In this document: piece after piece, positions 15,727 to 29,404 of the stretch
Layout: every line of letters begins with the position of its first letter
Position numbering within the stretch: the first letter of the stretch is position 1
NCBI GenBank assembly: GCA_951406725.2
Contig: OX597819.1
Location: 68,076,001 to 68,140,000, forward strand
Origin: Octopus vulgaris
Lineage: Eukaryota
Length of the DNA: 64,000 nucleotides
Direction of reading: 5' to 3'
Position numbers and translations under genes: made by a program
The notes under the pieces: generated by a model
What the model saw: only the letters and a program-made list of their open reading frames with translations
What the model was told of the DNA's origin: nothing
Databases searched by the model: none

Positions 15727-16626
15727 GGCGGCGAGCTAGCGGAAACGTTAGCATGCCGGGTGAAATGCTTCGCGGTATTTCGTCTGCCGTTATGTTCTGA
15801 GTTCAAATTCCGCCGAGGTCGACTGTGTCTTTCATCCTTTCGGGGTCGATTAAATAAGTACCTGTTACGCATGGGGTCGATATAATCGACTTAATCCGTT
15901 TGTCTATCCTTGTTTGTCCTCTGTGTTTAGCCCCTTGTGGGTAGTAAAGAAATAGGTATTTCGTCTGCCGTTACGTTGTGAGTTCAAATTCCGCCAAGGT
16001 CGACTTTACCTTTCATCTTTCGGGGTCGATTAAATAAGTACCAGTTACGCACTGGGGTCGATATAATCGACTTAATCCGTCTGTCTGTTTGTCCTCTCTG
16101 TGTTTAGCCCCTTGTGGGTATTAAAGAAATAGGTATTTCGTCTGTCTTTACGTTCCGAGTTCAAATTCAGCCGAGGACGAATTTGCCTTTCATCCTTTCG
16201 GGGTCGAATTAATCCACTGGCCCCCTCCCCCGAAATTTCGGGCCTTGTGTCTAGAGTAGAAAACAATAAATATTTTTAAAGGGCGGCGAGCTGGCAGAAA
16301 CGTTAGCACGCGGGGCGAAATGCGTAGCCGTATTTCGTCTGCTGTTAGGTTCTGAGTTCAAATTACGCCGAGGTCGACTTTGCCTTTCATCCTTTCGGGG
16401 TCGATAAATTAAGTACCAGTTACGCACTGGGGTCGATGTAATCGACTTAATCCCTTTGTCTGTCCTTGTTTGTCCTCTCTGTGTTTAGCCCCTTGTGGGT
16501 AGTAAAGAAATAGGTAGCACGCTGCGCGAAATTCTTAGTGGTATTTCCTCTGTCTTTGTGTTCTGAGTTCAAATTCCGCCGACGTCGACTTTGCCATTCA
16601 TCTTATCGCAGTCGATATATTAAGTA
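15727..16626 (+). mobile_element. Cluster of SINE family B with internal ~180-bp tandem units
   Basis: Heads 'ggcggcgagct.gc.gaaacgttagca' at 15727 and ~16282. The box-B-like 'gagttcaaatt' and the core 'tttcatcctttcggggtcgat' recur about five times. Confidence 0.9.
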
Positions 16627-17722
16627 TTTTGCTGTTGTTCACACAGTCTTTTAATTAGCAAAAGTACAGTTAACTCCTTTGCAAGGCCAGCCAAAACATG
16701 ATTCCGTAGTTTTGAACTAATTTGTTACAGAATTCTATAGAAGCATTCTACAAAACCACATTTTATTTCACCTTTTTCCCGTCAATTCAGAATATGACAA
16801 AAACATTAATTAATATATCCTAGAGTTACTGACGAATCTTTTGTTTGAATTTTTGTTTTTTGAGTGGGAAGTGTGCAATGCACCGGTAGCTCTGATTTTC
16901 TTAGCTCCTGCTTCTGCTTAGCTTGTCTGACCTCATCTTTCTCAGACGACATAACAAATTATCTGAGTAGACGCACCGAGAAAATTTCAGTGACAAAGAC
17001 TTTCCCGACTCTGGATGGATAATGAAATGTTTTAGAAAGGCTTTAAATCTATTCTTTTAGCGTTTGCACTCTACGCCGACTGAAGGTTTCCCTCTCTACC
17101 AACATGTGGAGTTTGTTGGAAAAGCACCAACCGTCCATTTTGGCGCTTCTGGGCTCCATATTGGGAGGTGCAGATACTGTCAAATATTACTACTTTGAAG
17201 ATTTCAAAACCTGGTTCATGCCCTGACAAAGGATATGAAGTATTTTGCGAAGATACTTATGGTGAAATCGCATTAAGTTTCTTGGCATACCTGTTGTAAA
17301 CAGCCCGAGTGTCACTTCCAAAAAATAGATTTGTTGACGAATAATATGTCTTAGAAGTCAACTCTCCACCTACGCGTTATTTTTGCAAGGATTTTCTCCA
17401 GAAAAAAAGAATATGTCATTGCTATATGAGGTGTCTATACTCTCTCTCTCATGGATGATATAAGTGAAAACGCTGACAGGTCAGAGGCCTGCATTCGTCC
17501 ATGATTTCTGTCGGTTTTGAGTATTTGTCAAGATATCTTCTACTGCGCCGAGACTCTTAACAGATGTTTACCTGTAACAACGACAGACGCTTTTCTAAGG
17601 TAAAAAGAAAAGTTTGTGCAAAGATCACAACGCGACTCCACTAAAATTACCTAAGGATCGGCTGTTGGTTTTAAAATATATGATACTTACAACCAGTAAG
17701 CATGAATCAAGCGGAAGAAGAC

Positions 17723-18155
17723 TAGAAGAAGAAGAAGAAGAAGAAGAAGAAGAAGAAGAAGAAGAAGAAGAAGAAGAAGAAGAAGAAGAAGAAGAAGAAG
17801 AAGAAGAAAAAAGAAGAAGAAGAAGAAGAAAAAAGAAGAAGAAGAAGAAGAAGAAGTAGAAGAAGAAGATGAAGAAGAGAAGAAGAAGAAGAAGGGGAAA
17901 AAGAAGAAGAGAAAAAAAAAGAAGAAGAAGAAGAAGAAGAAGAAGAAGAAGAAGATGAAAAAAGAAGAAGAGAAAAAAGAAGAAGAAAAAGAAGAAGAAG
18001 AAGAAGAAGAAGAAGAAGAAGATGAAAAAGAAGAAGAGAAAAAAGAAGAAGAAAAAGAAGAAGAAGAAGATGAAGAAGAAGAAGAAGAAGAAGAAGAAGA
18101 AGAAGAAGAAGAAGAAGAAGAAGAAGAAGAAGAAGAAGAAGAAGAAGAAGAAGAG
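17723..18155 (+). repeat. (GAA)n microsatellite
   Basis: Long, slightly interrupted GAA run. Confidence 0.97.
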
Positions 18156-18345
18156 ATGGTGTATAAAGATGAGAGATGATGTAGGTGAGTAAATGGCGAA
18201 AACAACATGATTCATTACAAACAATTAAAATGGTTAATGACAATGATTTCTTAGAAGTTCGTGTGATTCATATAGAAGAGATGGAAAAACATAAGAACAA
18301 TGAAGGCAAGAACAACAAACACGGTAACTAAATCAAACACGAACG

Positions 18346-18383
<38 letters not shown>

Positions 18384-18885
18384 GTAGTAATAGTAGGAGG
18401 AGGAGGAGGAGGAGGAGGAGGAGGAGGAGGAGGAGGAGTTGTAGTAGTAGTTTCAAACGATGTCTAATATGAGCAAGTACACCAATGTTTATATGTGTGA
18501 GTGTGTGCGTATGTGTGTTTGTATGTGTGCGTGTGGGTTTCCATGTAATTATGTTCGTGTGTATGTGTGTGTATTTCTGTAGGTGTATTTATATATTATG
18601 TGTCTGTGTCTGTGTGTCGGGATGTGTGTGTGCGTGTTAGCAGTATTTACGCAATTGTATTTGAGCGGCATGCGTGCTGTGTATATATATATATGACGGA
18701 GAAAGGGTGAGTGAGTGAGTGAGTGAGTGTGTCAGGTTATGTTCGTGAGAGCGTATTTGTGCATGTGTGTGTATGTGTGTGTATGTGTGTGTGTCTGAAT
18801 TACTACTGCTAAAAGATAAAAGCAGAGACCAAATATATGATGCTGACAAAATTGATGAATAAATGTATATATATATACATACATA

Positions 18886-18951
<66 letters not shown>

Positions 18952-19501
18952 GTATGTATATATGTATATATGTATGTATATATATATGTATGTATATATG
19001 TATATATGTATATATGTATGTATATATATATGTATGTATGTATATATGTATATATGTATATATGTATGTATATATATATAAATCTATGGGTGTGTGTGCT
19101 TCTGTGTGCATGTGTGTGTATATATAGGAGTGTATATATGCGAGAATATCAATCATACGAGAGTCATGAATATCGCACAATTTCGTGACCATTTTCAGAT
19201 TAAAAGCAACCATTAACGCACGTACAAGCGCAGACGCACGAGCGTATCTACACACATATATGCACATCACATATGTAATTGCACATGCTTCTATACACCC
19301 ACACGCATACACACACATACATACACATACGCACAGACACACACACATATATATATGTATATATCCATACATACATATGTATAATACATTTATGTTATAT
19401 ATGTATATACATATATATATATATATATATACGTACATATATATATACGTACATATATATATATATATAATATAATATATATATATATATATGCGTACAT
19501 A

Positions 19502-19546
<45 letters not shown>

Positions 19547-19732
19547 CATACAATATGTATAAGTGTATAGTTATATGTATATACAATATATACAATATAC
19601 ATATGCATATGTATGTATCCAATATGCATATATATGTATATATATACAGTATATATATGTATGTATATATATATATATACATACAATATATATGTATACA
19701 GTATATATATGTATGTACATATATATATATAT

Positions 19733-19805
<73 letters not shown>

Positions 19806-20127
19806 GTAATACACACATATGTACGAACATATATTTAACATACGAGAATCATGAATATCATAATAATTCGTGATGATTTCCAGATTAAAAGCCACCATTA
19901 AAAACAGATGCCACGAAGAAAATACTCAAAGAAGTCAACAACAACAAGTGTCTAACGTTATATAACATTAAAAACATGCGCAAAAATTACGAAGTCGCTG
20001 AACTGTTGTACTACAGAGAAACATGGTATTTGGTAATTAATTTTCTTCTCGTATTTATCCTCTACTACCTGTTCGACAAATGCATGTATTCCTCATTAAC
20101 CATTATACAACTATATATATGTATGTA

Positions 20128-20222
<95 letters not shown>

Positions 20223-20604
20223 CGTGTGTATGTATCTATTTATATGTGTGTTTGTATGTGTACGTTTATGATGTTTCTGGCGCGTGTGTATTTGTTTCGG
20301 ATTAATATAACCTTTTATCGGTTCTGTTGCTGATGTCGATATGGTTTTTGTCTAATTTTGTTTTGCTTTAGGTTTTGTTGTTAGTGTTGTGGTTCGAAGC
20401 TGGCGGTGACGCGTGTGTCGGCAATGCTAATGCTGGGCGTTTGCATTATTGTTTGTTTGTCTTAGTGCTGCTGCTGCTGCTGCTGCTGTTGTTGTTGTTG
20501 TTGTTGTTGTCGTTGTTGTAGTCTTTTAATGAATTTGTTCGTAGGCTGTGATAATGCCACAGTAACTTGCAATGAAACGCGTAAATCGTGGAAATATAAG
20601 CACA

Positions 20605-20649
<45 letters not shown>

Positions 20650-20651
<2 letters not shown>

Positions 20652-20830
20652 CGGGAAGCTTTATGAAAATAAACAAAAGACGAAGGCAGGTGGAAAACAA
20701 ACGAACAATTGTATTAGTATGGCGCTCAGGAAATATAAATAAAACAAGTCTTTAACGTTTCGAGCCTACGCTCTTCAACAGAAAGATACACAGAGAGAGA
20801 AAAACACAGAAAGAAGGAGAGAAAAAAATG
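20650..20830 (-). mobile_element. Solo PLE terminal fragment, same family as the terminus at 53478-53660
   Basis: Nearly identical to 53478-53650 ('aacgggaagctttatgaaaataaacaaaagacgaaggcaggtgg...'). It starts in (TA)n. Confidence 0.8.
20749..20786 (-). ncRNA. Minimal hammerhead-like motif (CUGUUGA variant)
   Basis: Minus strand reads TCTTT-CTGTTGA-A-GAGC-gtag-GCTC-GAAA-CG-TT-AAAGA. Stem III is the palindrome AACGTT. Core A6 is replaced by U. Confidence 0.55.
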
Positions 20831-21145
20831 CATAGGCACGCACATATGTATGCATGCATCTATGTACGTACTATGTATGTATGTATGTATGTATGTATGT
20901 ATGTATGTATGTATGTATGTATGTATGTATGTATGTGTGTATGTATGTATGTATGTATGCATGTATCTGTGTATGTGTGTATGAATGTGCATATATGTAT
21001 ATGTGTGTATGTGCGTATGTGTATGCGTGTGTGTGTCTGTGCATGCTGATATGTGTGCATATATACAGGTTTTTATGTATACATGTATGTATATATATAT
21101 ATGTATACATACACACAAGCACACACACGCAACCCTCGCATCACA

Positions 21146-21207
<62 letters not shown>

Positions 21208-21240
21208 AGGAGATAGATAGATAGATAGAGAGAGATAGAC

Positions 21241-21286
<46 letters not shown>

Positions 21287-21324
21287 ATAAATAAATAGAT
21301 AGACAGACAGACAGACGGACCGAC

Positions 21325-21469
<145 letters not shown>

Positions 21470-21781
21470 GACAATCAAGAGTAAATATATATTTTCTATC
21501 TCTCCTTTTACATACACATGCAGATGTGTATACATAAATGCCCGCATGCATACATACACACATACAGACATAAATACATACATACATACATAATGAATAC
21601 ATCTATCCATACATGCATACATACATGCAAGCATACATTCATACATACATATATACACACACATATATAGATAATGCATACATCTATCCGTACATACATG
21701 CATAGAGCATACATATATACATACAGATACATACATGCATACATAGATAATGCATACATCTCTCCTTACATACAAACATAC

Positions 21782-21826
<45 letters not shown>

Positions 21827-22324
21827 TATATATATATAAATACATGCATACATATATACATACACACATACATACACACATACGTACATATATACATTCA
21901 TATATACATATATACATTCATACATACATACATGCATACATACATACATACATACAAACATACATACATACATACATACATACATACATACATACATACA
22001 TACATACATAACTTCATACGTGCATACAACAGAATGAAAAAAACAAGCCTTTTACATCTGTAACAAGATAATTGTATGTGTAAATTTTAACAACTTGTTC
22101 AACGAAGTAGAATAACTTGAATTCGCCAAAGATGATATCGCATTGTATCGAATGATTAAAACAAAAGAAGTGAACGGTATAAAGAAAAGAGAAAACTTAC
22201 ATTGAGTCGATAAAATAATAGGAATCAAGAGGTCATCAAACCCCCGTGCTTCTCTGATGGCCTTCGCCTCCTAAAACCGTCGCCATGGTCTGCGGAACAA
22301 TCCTTTGCCGTTTTACCTTTCAAC

Positions 22325-22775
22325 TGGTCATGCAGTGGTGCCGCCTTAAAGAATTTCAGTCGAACGAACCGAACCCAGGATATAATTTTTTTAAAGCCTG
22401 GTCCTTATTCTATCCAATCCTTTTGTCGAACCGGTAAGTTGCGGAGACGTGAAGACATCACCATCGGTTGTGAAGCTTTAGTGGTGTGTGGGGGCGGGGG
22501 GAGAAACTGAAACAAATACACAAACGTACACAGACAGAAACACACGCGCACGGACGCACACACACGCACACACACGCACACGCACGCACATATATATGTA
22601 TATACACGACATGTTTCTTTCAGTTTCCGTTTACCAGATCCACTCACATGGTTTAGAATACAGTAGAAGATCCATTCACAAGGTCCGAGACTACAGTAGA
22701 AGACACATGCAGAAGGTGCCATTGCACATGGGACTGAACCCGGGACCATGTGGTTGGGAAGCAACTTCTTACACA
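22325..22775 (-). mobile_element. SINE family A, near full length
   Basis: tRNA-like head, central CA/TG microsatellite and 3' 'ggcggcaccactgcatgacc'. Confidence 0.8.
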
Positions 22776-22828
22776 CTTACTTTTAACAATTCTTGTTAGC
22801 AAAGCTTGTAAATCTTGAAGCCAAAGAC

Positions 22829-23263
22829 GGATCTTTTCAGTTTCAACGGCAGTTTTTTAAAATAATTTCTAGTTAACTAAAAAAATTTAAACTTCGTATA
22901 CTGGTAGAATGTGTTTATAAAACATCTTTTTCTCTTGGCTTTATTGAGAAAATTCTATAGTTCGTAAGATATTTGGTCTTTAATTTCCTCATTTTCTGCA
23001 ATTTCAACGAATCACTGGTGTCTATTGAGTTAAAAAACATTCTGTGCCGTATGAATATGGGACATATTCATACGGCACAGAATGGTTAAAATTGCCGAAA
23101 TGCAAGACATTAAAGACCAAATATCTTACAAACTATAGAATTTTCTCAATAAAGCCAAAAGAAAAAGATGTTTTATAAACACATTCTACCAGTATACGAA
23201 GTTTAAAATTTTTTAGTTACCTAGAAATTATGCTAAAAACTGCCGTTCAAACCGAAAAGATCC
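22829..23263. mobile_element. Fold-back MITE, Merlin-like
   Basis: Almost fully palindromic, with termini GGATCTTTTC...GAAAAGATCC. An exact 8-bp TSD CCAAAGAC lies at 22821-28 and 23264-71. GG-starting TIRs with an 8-bp TSD fit the Merlin superfamily. Confidence 0.85.
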
Positions 23264-23439
23264 CCAAAGACGATATGTTCCTCAGTTCAAAGATGACTCA
23301 GAAGATGACCAGCTTAATCTTGGTCTCGCTCCCTCCTATGTTCTTAAGCACATTTGGCAGCAATTCGACGTTCCCTCTCCATCGGGCATGTGATATTAGC
23401 ATGTTTCATATCGCTTATGCATGCTCTGCGTCATTAATT

Positions 23440-23635
23440 TTCGGGCTTCCTTGACAGTCAATGGTGGCGTGTTTATATCCTCGTAACTTAGTGGTTCGGC
23501 AAGAGATATCAACGGAATAAGTACTAGGCTTACAAAGAATAAGTCCTGGGATCGATTTCTTCGACAAAAAAACCTATAAGCCGATACTACAGCATGGCTG
23601 CAGTCAAATGACTGAAACGTGTAAAAGAATAAAAG
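23440..23635 (+). mobile_element. SINE family A, 3' half
   Basis: 'cgtaacttagtggttcggcaa...gaataagtactaggcttacaaagaataagtcctggg...cagcatggctgcagtcaaatgactgaaac'. Confidence 0.8.
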
Positions 23636-23753
23636 TGTATATATATATATATACATATGCATATACATTTACACACACGCACATATACACACGCACGTAT
23701 AAACATACATACATACATACATACGTACATACATGATACATACATACGTACAA

Positions 23754-23838
<85 letters not shown>

Positions 23839-24372
23839 CTAGCCTTGAAGCCACATTTAGGGTAGTATTCAGGTTAGCTCCTGCAGAAGGTTCATTTGAG
23901 GCCCTCGGACCCACTATCAGGTCGCTATACAGCCCCCTAACCTTGTGTAACGAAAGTTATTTCTGAAAATGTGCTAAGCACTGCTGCTGATCATAGTGTA
24001 ATCAATAAGCGTAGGAGCGAAGGAAAGGCAGTAAAAATAAGTGTGTCAGTGGGGCCCCATTTAAGCGGCCCTTCAGAGACTGAACCTGCTTACGATATTC
24101 TCTGGGAGTTAATGATATGGAGTTCATTGCAATCACTCCGATTTAGTCGCCAATGCTATGTATTTATTTTTCAAATGCAGTAAAAATAGGGTAGCTCAGT
24201 GTGGCCCCAATTAGGCGGCCCTTCAAAAAGTAGAACCGATTTGGACATTCCCTGGGATTAGGGGAGTTGCTGGTTTGAGTTTCGTTGTCCTTGTACCAAC
24301 GCTCTAGGAGGAGTTAAGGAACATAAAAATGTAACGGACAGAGAAACATCACTCAAATTTATATTGAGCTAT
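23839..24372 (-). mobile_element. Possible non-autonomous Helitron-like element
   Basis: Begins (TA)n-CTAG like the 3936 Helitron and ends in (TA)n. There is an internal duplication (~24045-24087 vs ~24195-24237). No clear subterminal hairpin. Confidence 0.4.
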
Positions 24373-24949
24373 ATATATATGCGAAGAAAACGCCCCCCCC
24401 CCCCTATCCAATGGACAGTGCTGAATCATATCCGCTGAATAAAAAGCAATCAGTGTTTTCTTTTCATTAAAAAGTAATTAAGTATGCCTTTATTTCAATA
24501 ATTTGGGGGGTTTTGTAAACGAAGTTAAGGCAAAAAAAAAAAAGAAACTTCTTGGGAAACCAAATAGTCTTTTCTTCTTTCATGCCAAGGTGGAAAAATA
24601 CCTCCCTCGCATCTTACTTTTTGGATCACTTAAATATACTGCGTTTTGTGGCATTATTTCACACCAGCCGCTCGTGCATTTTTCTCGCCGACGCGTAGTA
24701 TCGTTTGCATTACCACCTGGAATCTATTTTTGTAATTTTTTCAAGACTTACACACGCCCTGATACCGTCCGTATTTACATATCAAACTTGAGCGCAATCG
24801 GATAGAGGATGCCCGAGATCCTAGAAGACACACACACACAGAACTGATTTTCTATCATATATATATATATCAAAGCCACACGATCGTATCCTCAACGCTC
24901 TAACCACTAAGCCACGCGCCTTCATATACACACACATAAACACACGCAT

Positions 24950-25050
<101 letters not shown>

Positions 25051-25320
25051 GTGTGTGTGTATATATACACGCAAACACACACATACGCGTTTATATGTAG
25101 GAGAAAATAATATAAGAGAAATGTCAAATTGGCCAGTAGCATAGGTATGAACTATAAAAACGAATGAAGTTATATTAAATGACATACGAGATATATTCTT
25201 GCTTTATTGAAAGTATATTTTCCCTTCGAGAGAAGAATAAACAACTGCCTAGTGGCAATCGTGATAAACTTCGCGTGTATAAATAATCTTCAGAATCAAG
25301 AATAATCTTCAGTGTGTGTA

Positions 25321-25353
<33 letters not shown>

Positions 25354-25421
25354 GTACATACGTACATATATATATACACACACACACACACAATATATAT
25401 ATATATATATATATACATACA

Positions 25422-25559
<138 letters not shown>

Positions 25560-25561
25560 TA

Positions 25562-27403
25562 TTAAATCCTTAAATCCTTAAAAATGTTTTAGCCCGAAGG
25601 CCGCGGCCATGCTGGGGCACCACCACTGAATGAGCTACACTAGTTTGTGAATCCACCTCTGATACGTGGCACTTGATCAACAAGGGAGTTCGATGCTGCT
25701 GCCCGCATCCGTGTCTCCTGTCGTAAGGTAGGTTCGTCTGGGACTCCCAACAAGAAGAGATCCAGTTTAGTTTTAAAGAAACCCACATCCACACCATGTA
25801 AGTCTCTCAGGAATTTAGGGAGGATGTTAAAGAGCTGTGGTCCTCTGAAACCCAAGCTGTTGCAGTATCTGGACCTGTATTTTGATGGTGACGTTTGAAT
25901 CCTTGGCACCACGCAGCGGCGCCCCGTTCTGCGGTTGGAGTAACTTTGAATGCCAAAGTTTGGGACAAGACCTTCCAGGATTTTCCAGATGTATATCACT
26001 GCATATCTCTCCCGCCTCCGCTCCAGGGAGAAGAGGTTTAATACCTTCAGTCTTTCCCAGTAGCTGACATTTTGCATTGAGACGATTTTCTTTGTGTAGC
26101 TTCTCTGAGTTGCTTCGAGTTCTGCTGTTTGTTTTATATTGTGTGGTGACCAAAGTTGGGAGCAGTAGTCCAAGCGGCTGAGGACAAATGTTTTCCATAG
26201 GACCATCAGTGTCTCCTTCTCTCTTGTTCTGAAAGTTCGGAGAATCCATCCAGCTAGCCGTCTGCATTTTATCACCAGATTAGCGATATGCATTTGGAAA
26301 GATGCATCATTGCTCATGTCAATGCCCAGGTCACGCACTGATTTTGACTCAGGGATTGCAATTCTTCCTGGGCCAGTGTATCCAGTCTTCACGTCATTTA
26401 CCTTTGTGTGCCAGTAGCGCAGGGCCTGGAACTTACCTGCATTAAACTGCATGTTGTTGTCCTCAGCCCACCTGTATATTGTGTCCAGCTCATGTTGCAG
26501 ATGCGCAATATTTTCAGGGTTTTGTATTGCGTGGGAGACTTTTGTGTCATCTGCATAGCTAGCAAGGGTGGTCATCGTAGCAACTGAAGGCATGTCTGAA
26601 AGGGCCACTATGAACATCAGTGGCCCCAAGACAGTGCCCTGTGGGACACCGCTTCTTATTTGCGTTTCCCTGGAGGTGGCTCCATTGCTCACAACTGCCT
26701 GTTTTCTGTCTTTTAGGAAGTTGTGCAGCCACTCTCCAAGTTTCCCGCCTATGCCGAGACCACGCAGTTTGTGACAGATCATACCATGGTCGGCTTTTGC
26801 AAAGTCAAGATATATTACATCCACATTTGAGCCATTTAGTAGCTGTTTCAACACCCAGTCATAGTGTTGCAGGAGCTGTGTTAGGCAGCCTCTACCTGGT
26901 CGAAATCCATGCTGGGTGTCAGACAGTAAGTCATTTTCTTCAAGGAACATGATTAGTTTCTTACGGACTATTCTTTCCATGACTTTGCTGATGTGTGAGG
27001 TCAGAGAGATAGGCCTATAATTTTTAGCATCTGCTCTGCTACCTCCCTTATGGATAGGGCATATTACCTCCTCTTTCAGTTTGACTGGGAGCTTACCACT
27101 TGCAAGAAAGCTCTGAAAAAGAAGCTGTAGCGGTTTTGCAAGGGCTCGTTTGCACGATTTGAGAAGGATCGCTGGGAATCCATCAGGTCCAGCAGCTGAG
27201 TTTGTGTCAATCTCATCAATGGCTAGTGTGATATTATCTTCTTCGATGTTGATGTACTCAATTTTTGTCTCTTTGGCCGCTGGTAAATTGGAAAAGAATT
27301 CTTCTGGGTTGTTTACTTGCCTGTGTCCTAGAGGTGTAGTGAACACACTTTGGAACTGTTCGTTCAGTATTTCACTTATCCTCGTGGGATTTCCTGTGAG
27401 AGA

Positions 27404-27408
<5 letters not shown>
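25562..27408 (-). mobile_element. 5'-truncated CR1/L2-group LINE
   Basis: RT ORF, short 3' UTR with a stem-loop, and a (TTTAAGGA)n tail at 25562-25582. Both ends abut (TA)n. Confidence 0.93.
25640..27405 (-). CDS. LINE ORF2 fragment: reverse transcriptase and C-terminal domain (no endonuclease retained)
   Basis: Motifs 'GPDG', 'NYRPISLTS', 'QHGFRPGR', 'GVPQGTVLGPLMF', 'YADDTK' and 'SLERRRER'. The ORF-track N-terminus (27406-27496) is microsatellite and flank. Confidence 0.92.
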
Positions 27409-27449
<41 letters not shown>

Positions 27450-27959
27450 AGTGGATAACATATTTTTACACACAAAGGGGAGACCATTAACGGCACTCCT
27501 AAAAAGGCCAGTTAAAACCCAAACCAAGAAAAAGAGAATTCATGAGGCATGCCGTTATAACCCTAGACTGAGCAAAGTATGAATTGGCTAATCACAAACT
27601 CGAGTTTCGATATTAATTGCCAAATAATCTAATTTGGAACCTGTCGCTCAACAGCGGAATCGCTAATTAATGAATGATTATGTAGTTGCAAATGCGTACG
27701 AAAAACACGTGCGCAAGACAACTGCATCTTTATCCATTAAGAATTCGAACTTTGTTTTCGAGTGTAATATATATATAGTCGAGCTATAAATAAAGAAATT
27801 TGAGACTGTGTCCTGTATAGCCTCAATCCTAAATATAGAGGTAATAAATTAAAATAATCTATTGCCAGTGGCTAGCATGCATAAATAAATGTCACAAAAA
27901 CATAACATATATATGTATGTATATGTATATCCATATGTATGTATGCATGTATGTATATT

Positions 27960-28565
27960 TGTTTCAGTCATTTGACGACGGCCATGCTGGAGCACTGCTT
28001 TTAGTCGAACTGATCGACCTCAGTCTTTGTAAGCCTAGTACTTATTCTATCGGTGTCTCTTGCTGAACCGCTAATTTACGGGGACGTGAACACACCAGCA
28101 TCGGTTGTCAAGTGATGGTGAGGGGACAAACACACACACACAAACACACATACACGTACTATATATATATATTTAATAAAAACAAATAAATAAATAAAAA
28201 TTAAAAAATAAATAAAATTAAAAAAATAAAAATTTATAAATATAAATTAATAATTGTAATTTTAGATTTAAATAATTTAAATTTTTTAAATTTACATTTT
28301 ATATATTTTGTATATTATATTAATTATTTTTATTTTTATGTTTTTAATTCTTTGATTTGCCTAAAAGCGGTTTTATATCTAATTTAATTTATATATATAT
28401 ATATATTCGTCGGGTTTCTTTCAGTTTCCGTCTGCCAAATCCACTCACAAGGTCTTGGTTGGCCCGAGGCTATAGTAGAAGACACTTACCTAAGCTGTCA
28501 TACAGTGGGACTGAACCCGGTGTCATGTGGTTGGTAAGCAAGCTACATACCCCACAGCCTTGCAT
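27960..28565 (-). mobile_element. SINE family A interrupted by an AT-rich insert (~28170-28400)
   Basis: The 3' half is at 27960-28140 and the 5' half at 28408-28565. The insert shares 'tttgatttgcctaa...ggtttta...tctaattta' with 39615-39655. Confidence 0.75.
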
Positions 28566-28613
28566 GCACGAATGTAGATGTACATATTAATTCATACACA
28601 TACATACTTTCAT

Positions 28614-28654
<41 letters not shown>

Positions 28655-29404
28655 ATGTGCAAAGCAACTACTACCACCATTTTTAATCTTTCCATTCTAT
28701 CAATATGTCATTGGAACACCAACACAAGTTAGATTAAACAAGGGAACATTCTTCAAAATATAAGCCAAAACTTAACCATTTCTAACAATTTTAAACAAGG
28801 AAACTCATCTCATTGAAAAACATATAAAGCGATTATCTCCCTTATACCGAAAGAAATCCCTGATTACCTTCCCCAGCCTGGAACCCCATACTTCACTCCG
28901 TAGCGAAGACATGCCATGACGTAGGTAAAGAAATTTGAAAAATTTGAAAAGAAAATACGAAACCGGTTATTTCTCCAAAAACTATGTTACTATACAAAAA
29001 ACTTTATAACATTTTTCTAACATAACGACTTAAATATATTCTTTAACCTTATAACACAAGCCTTCTGTAGTTTTATATATAGATACATACATATACATGC
29101 ATATATATTTGTATACATATACATATACATATCATACTTCGTATATACACACAATTGAGAAGTTAGTCTATTATACACCTACTATGGTAAAAACTGGATA
29201 TCGGTGTATCCGAAAATTCGTCCCGGTAGAGGCCAACAAGAACAACAGATTTATTTCATCCAATTTATGCCTTGTTTCCCAAAGTCAAACATTTGACAAT
29301 CTGCGTGTATGCTCCAGTTTCAAATCTGCAAAATTCATTTATAATCGGCCCTCTACCACACGCTAAAATTGTTCGCTTTGCGCCAAAATCGAAAGAAATT
29401 CCTT

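Noticed and set aside
15727-16626. Repeat-spacer-like periodicity suggesting CRISPR
   Set aside because: The units are whole ~180-bp SINE bodies without unique spacers, the context is eukaryotic, and there are no cas genes.
25200-25312. Two CTGAAGA motifs on the minus strand
   Set aside because: I could not build convincing stems I-III around them.
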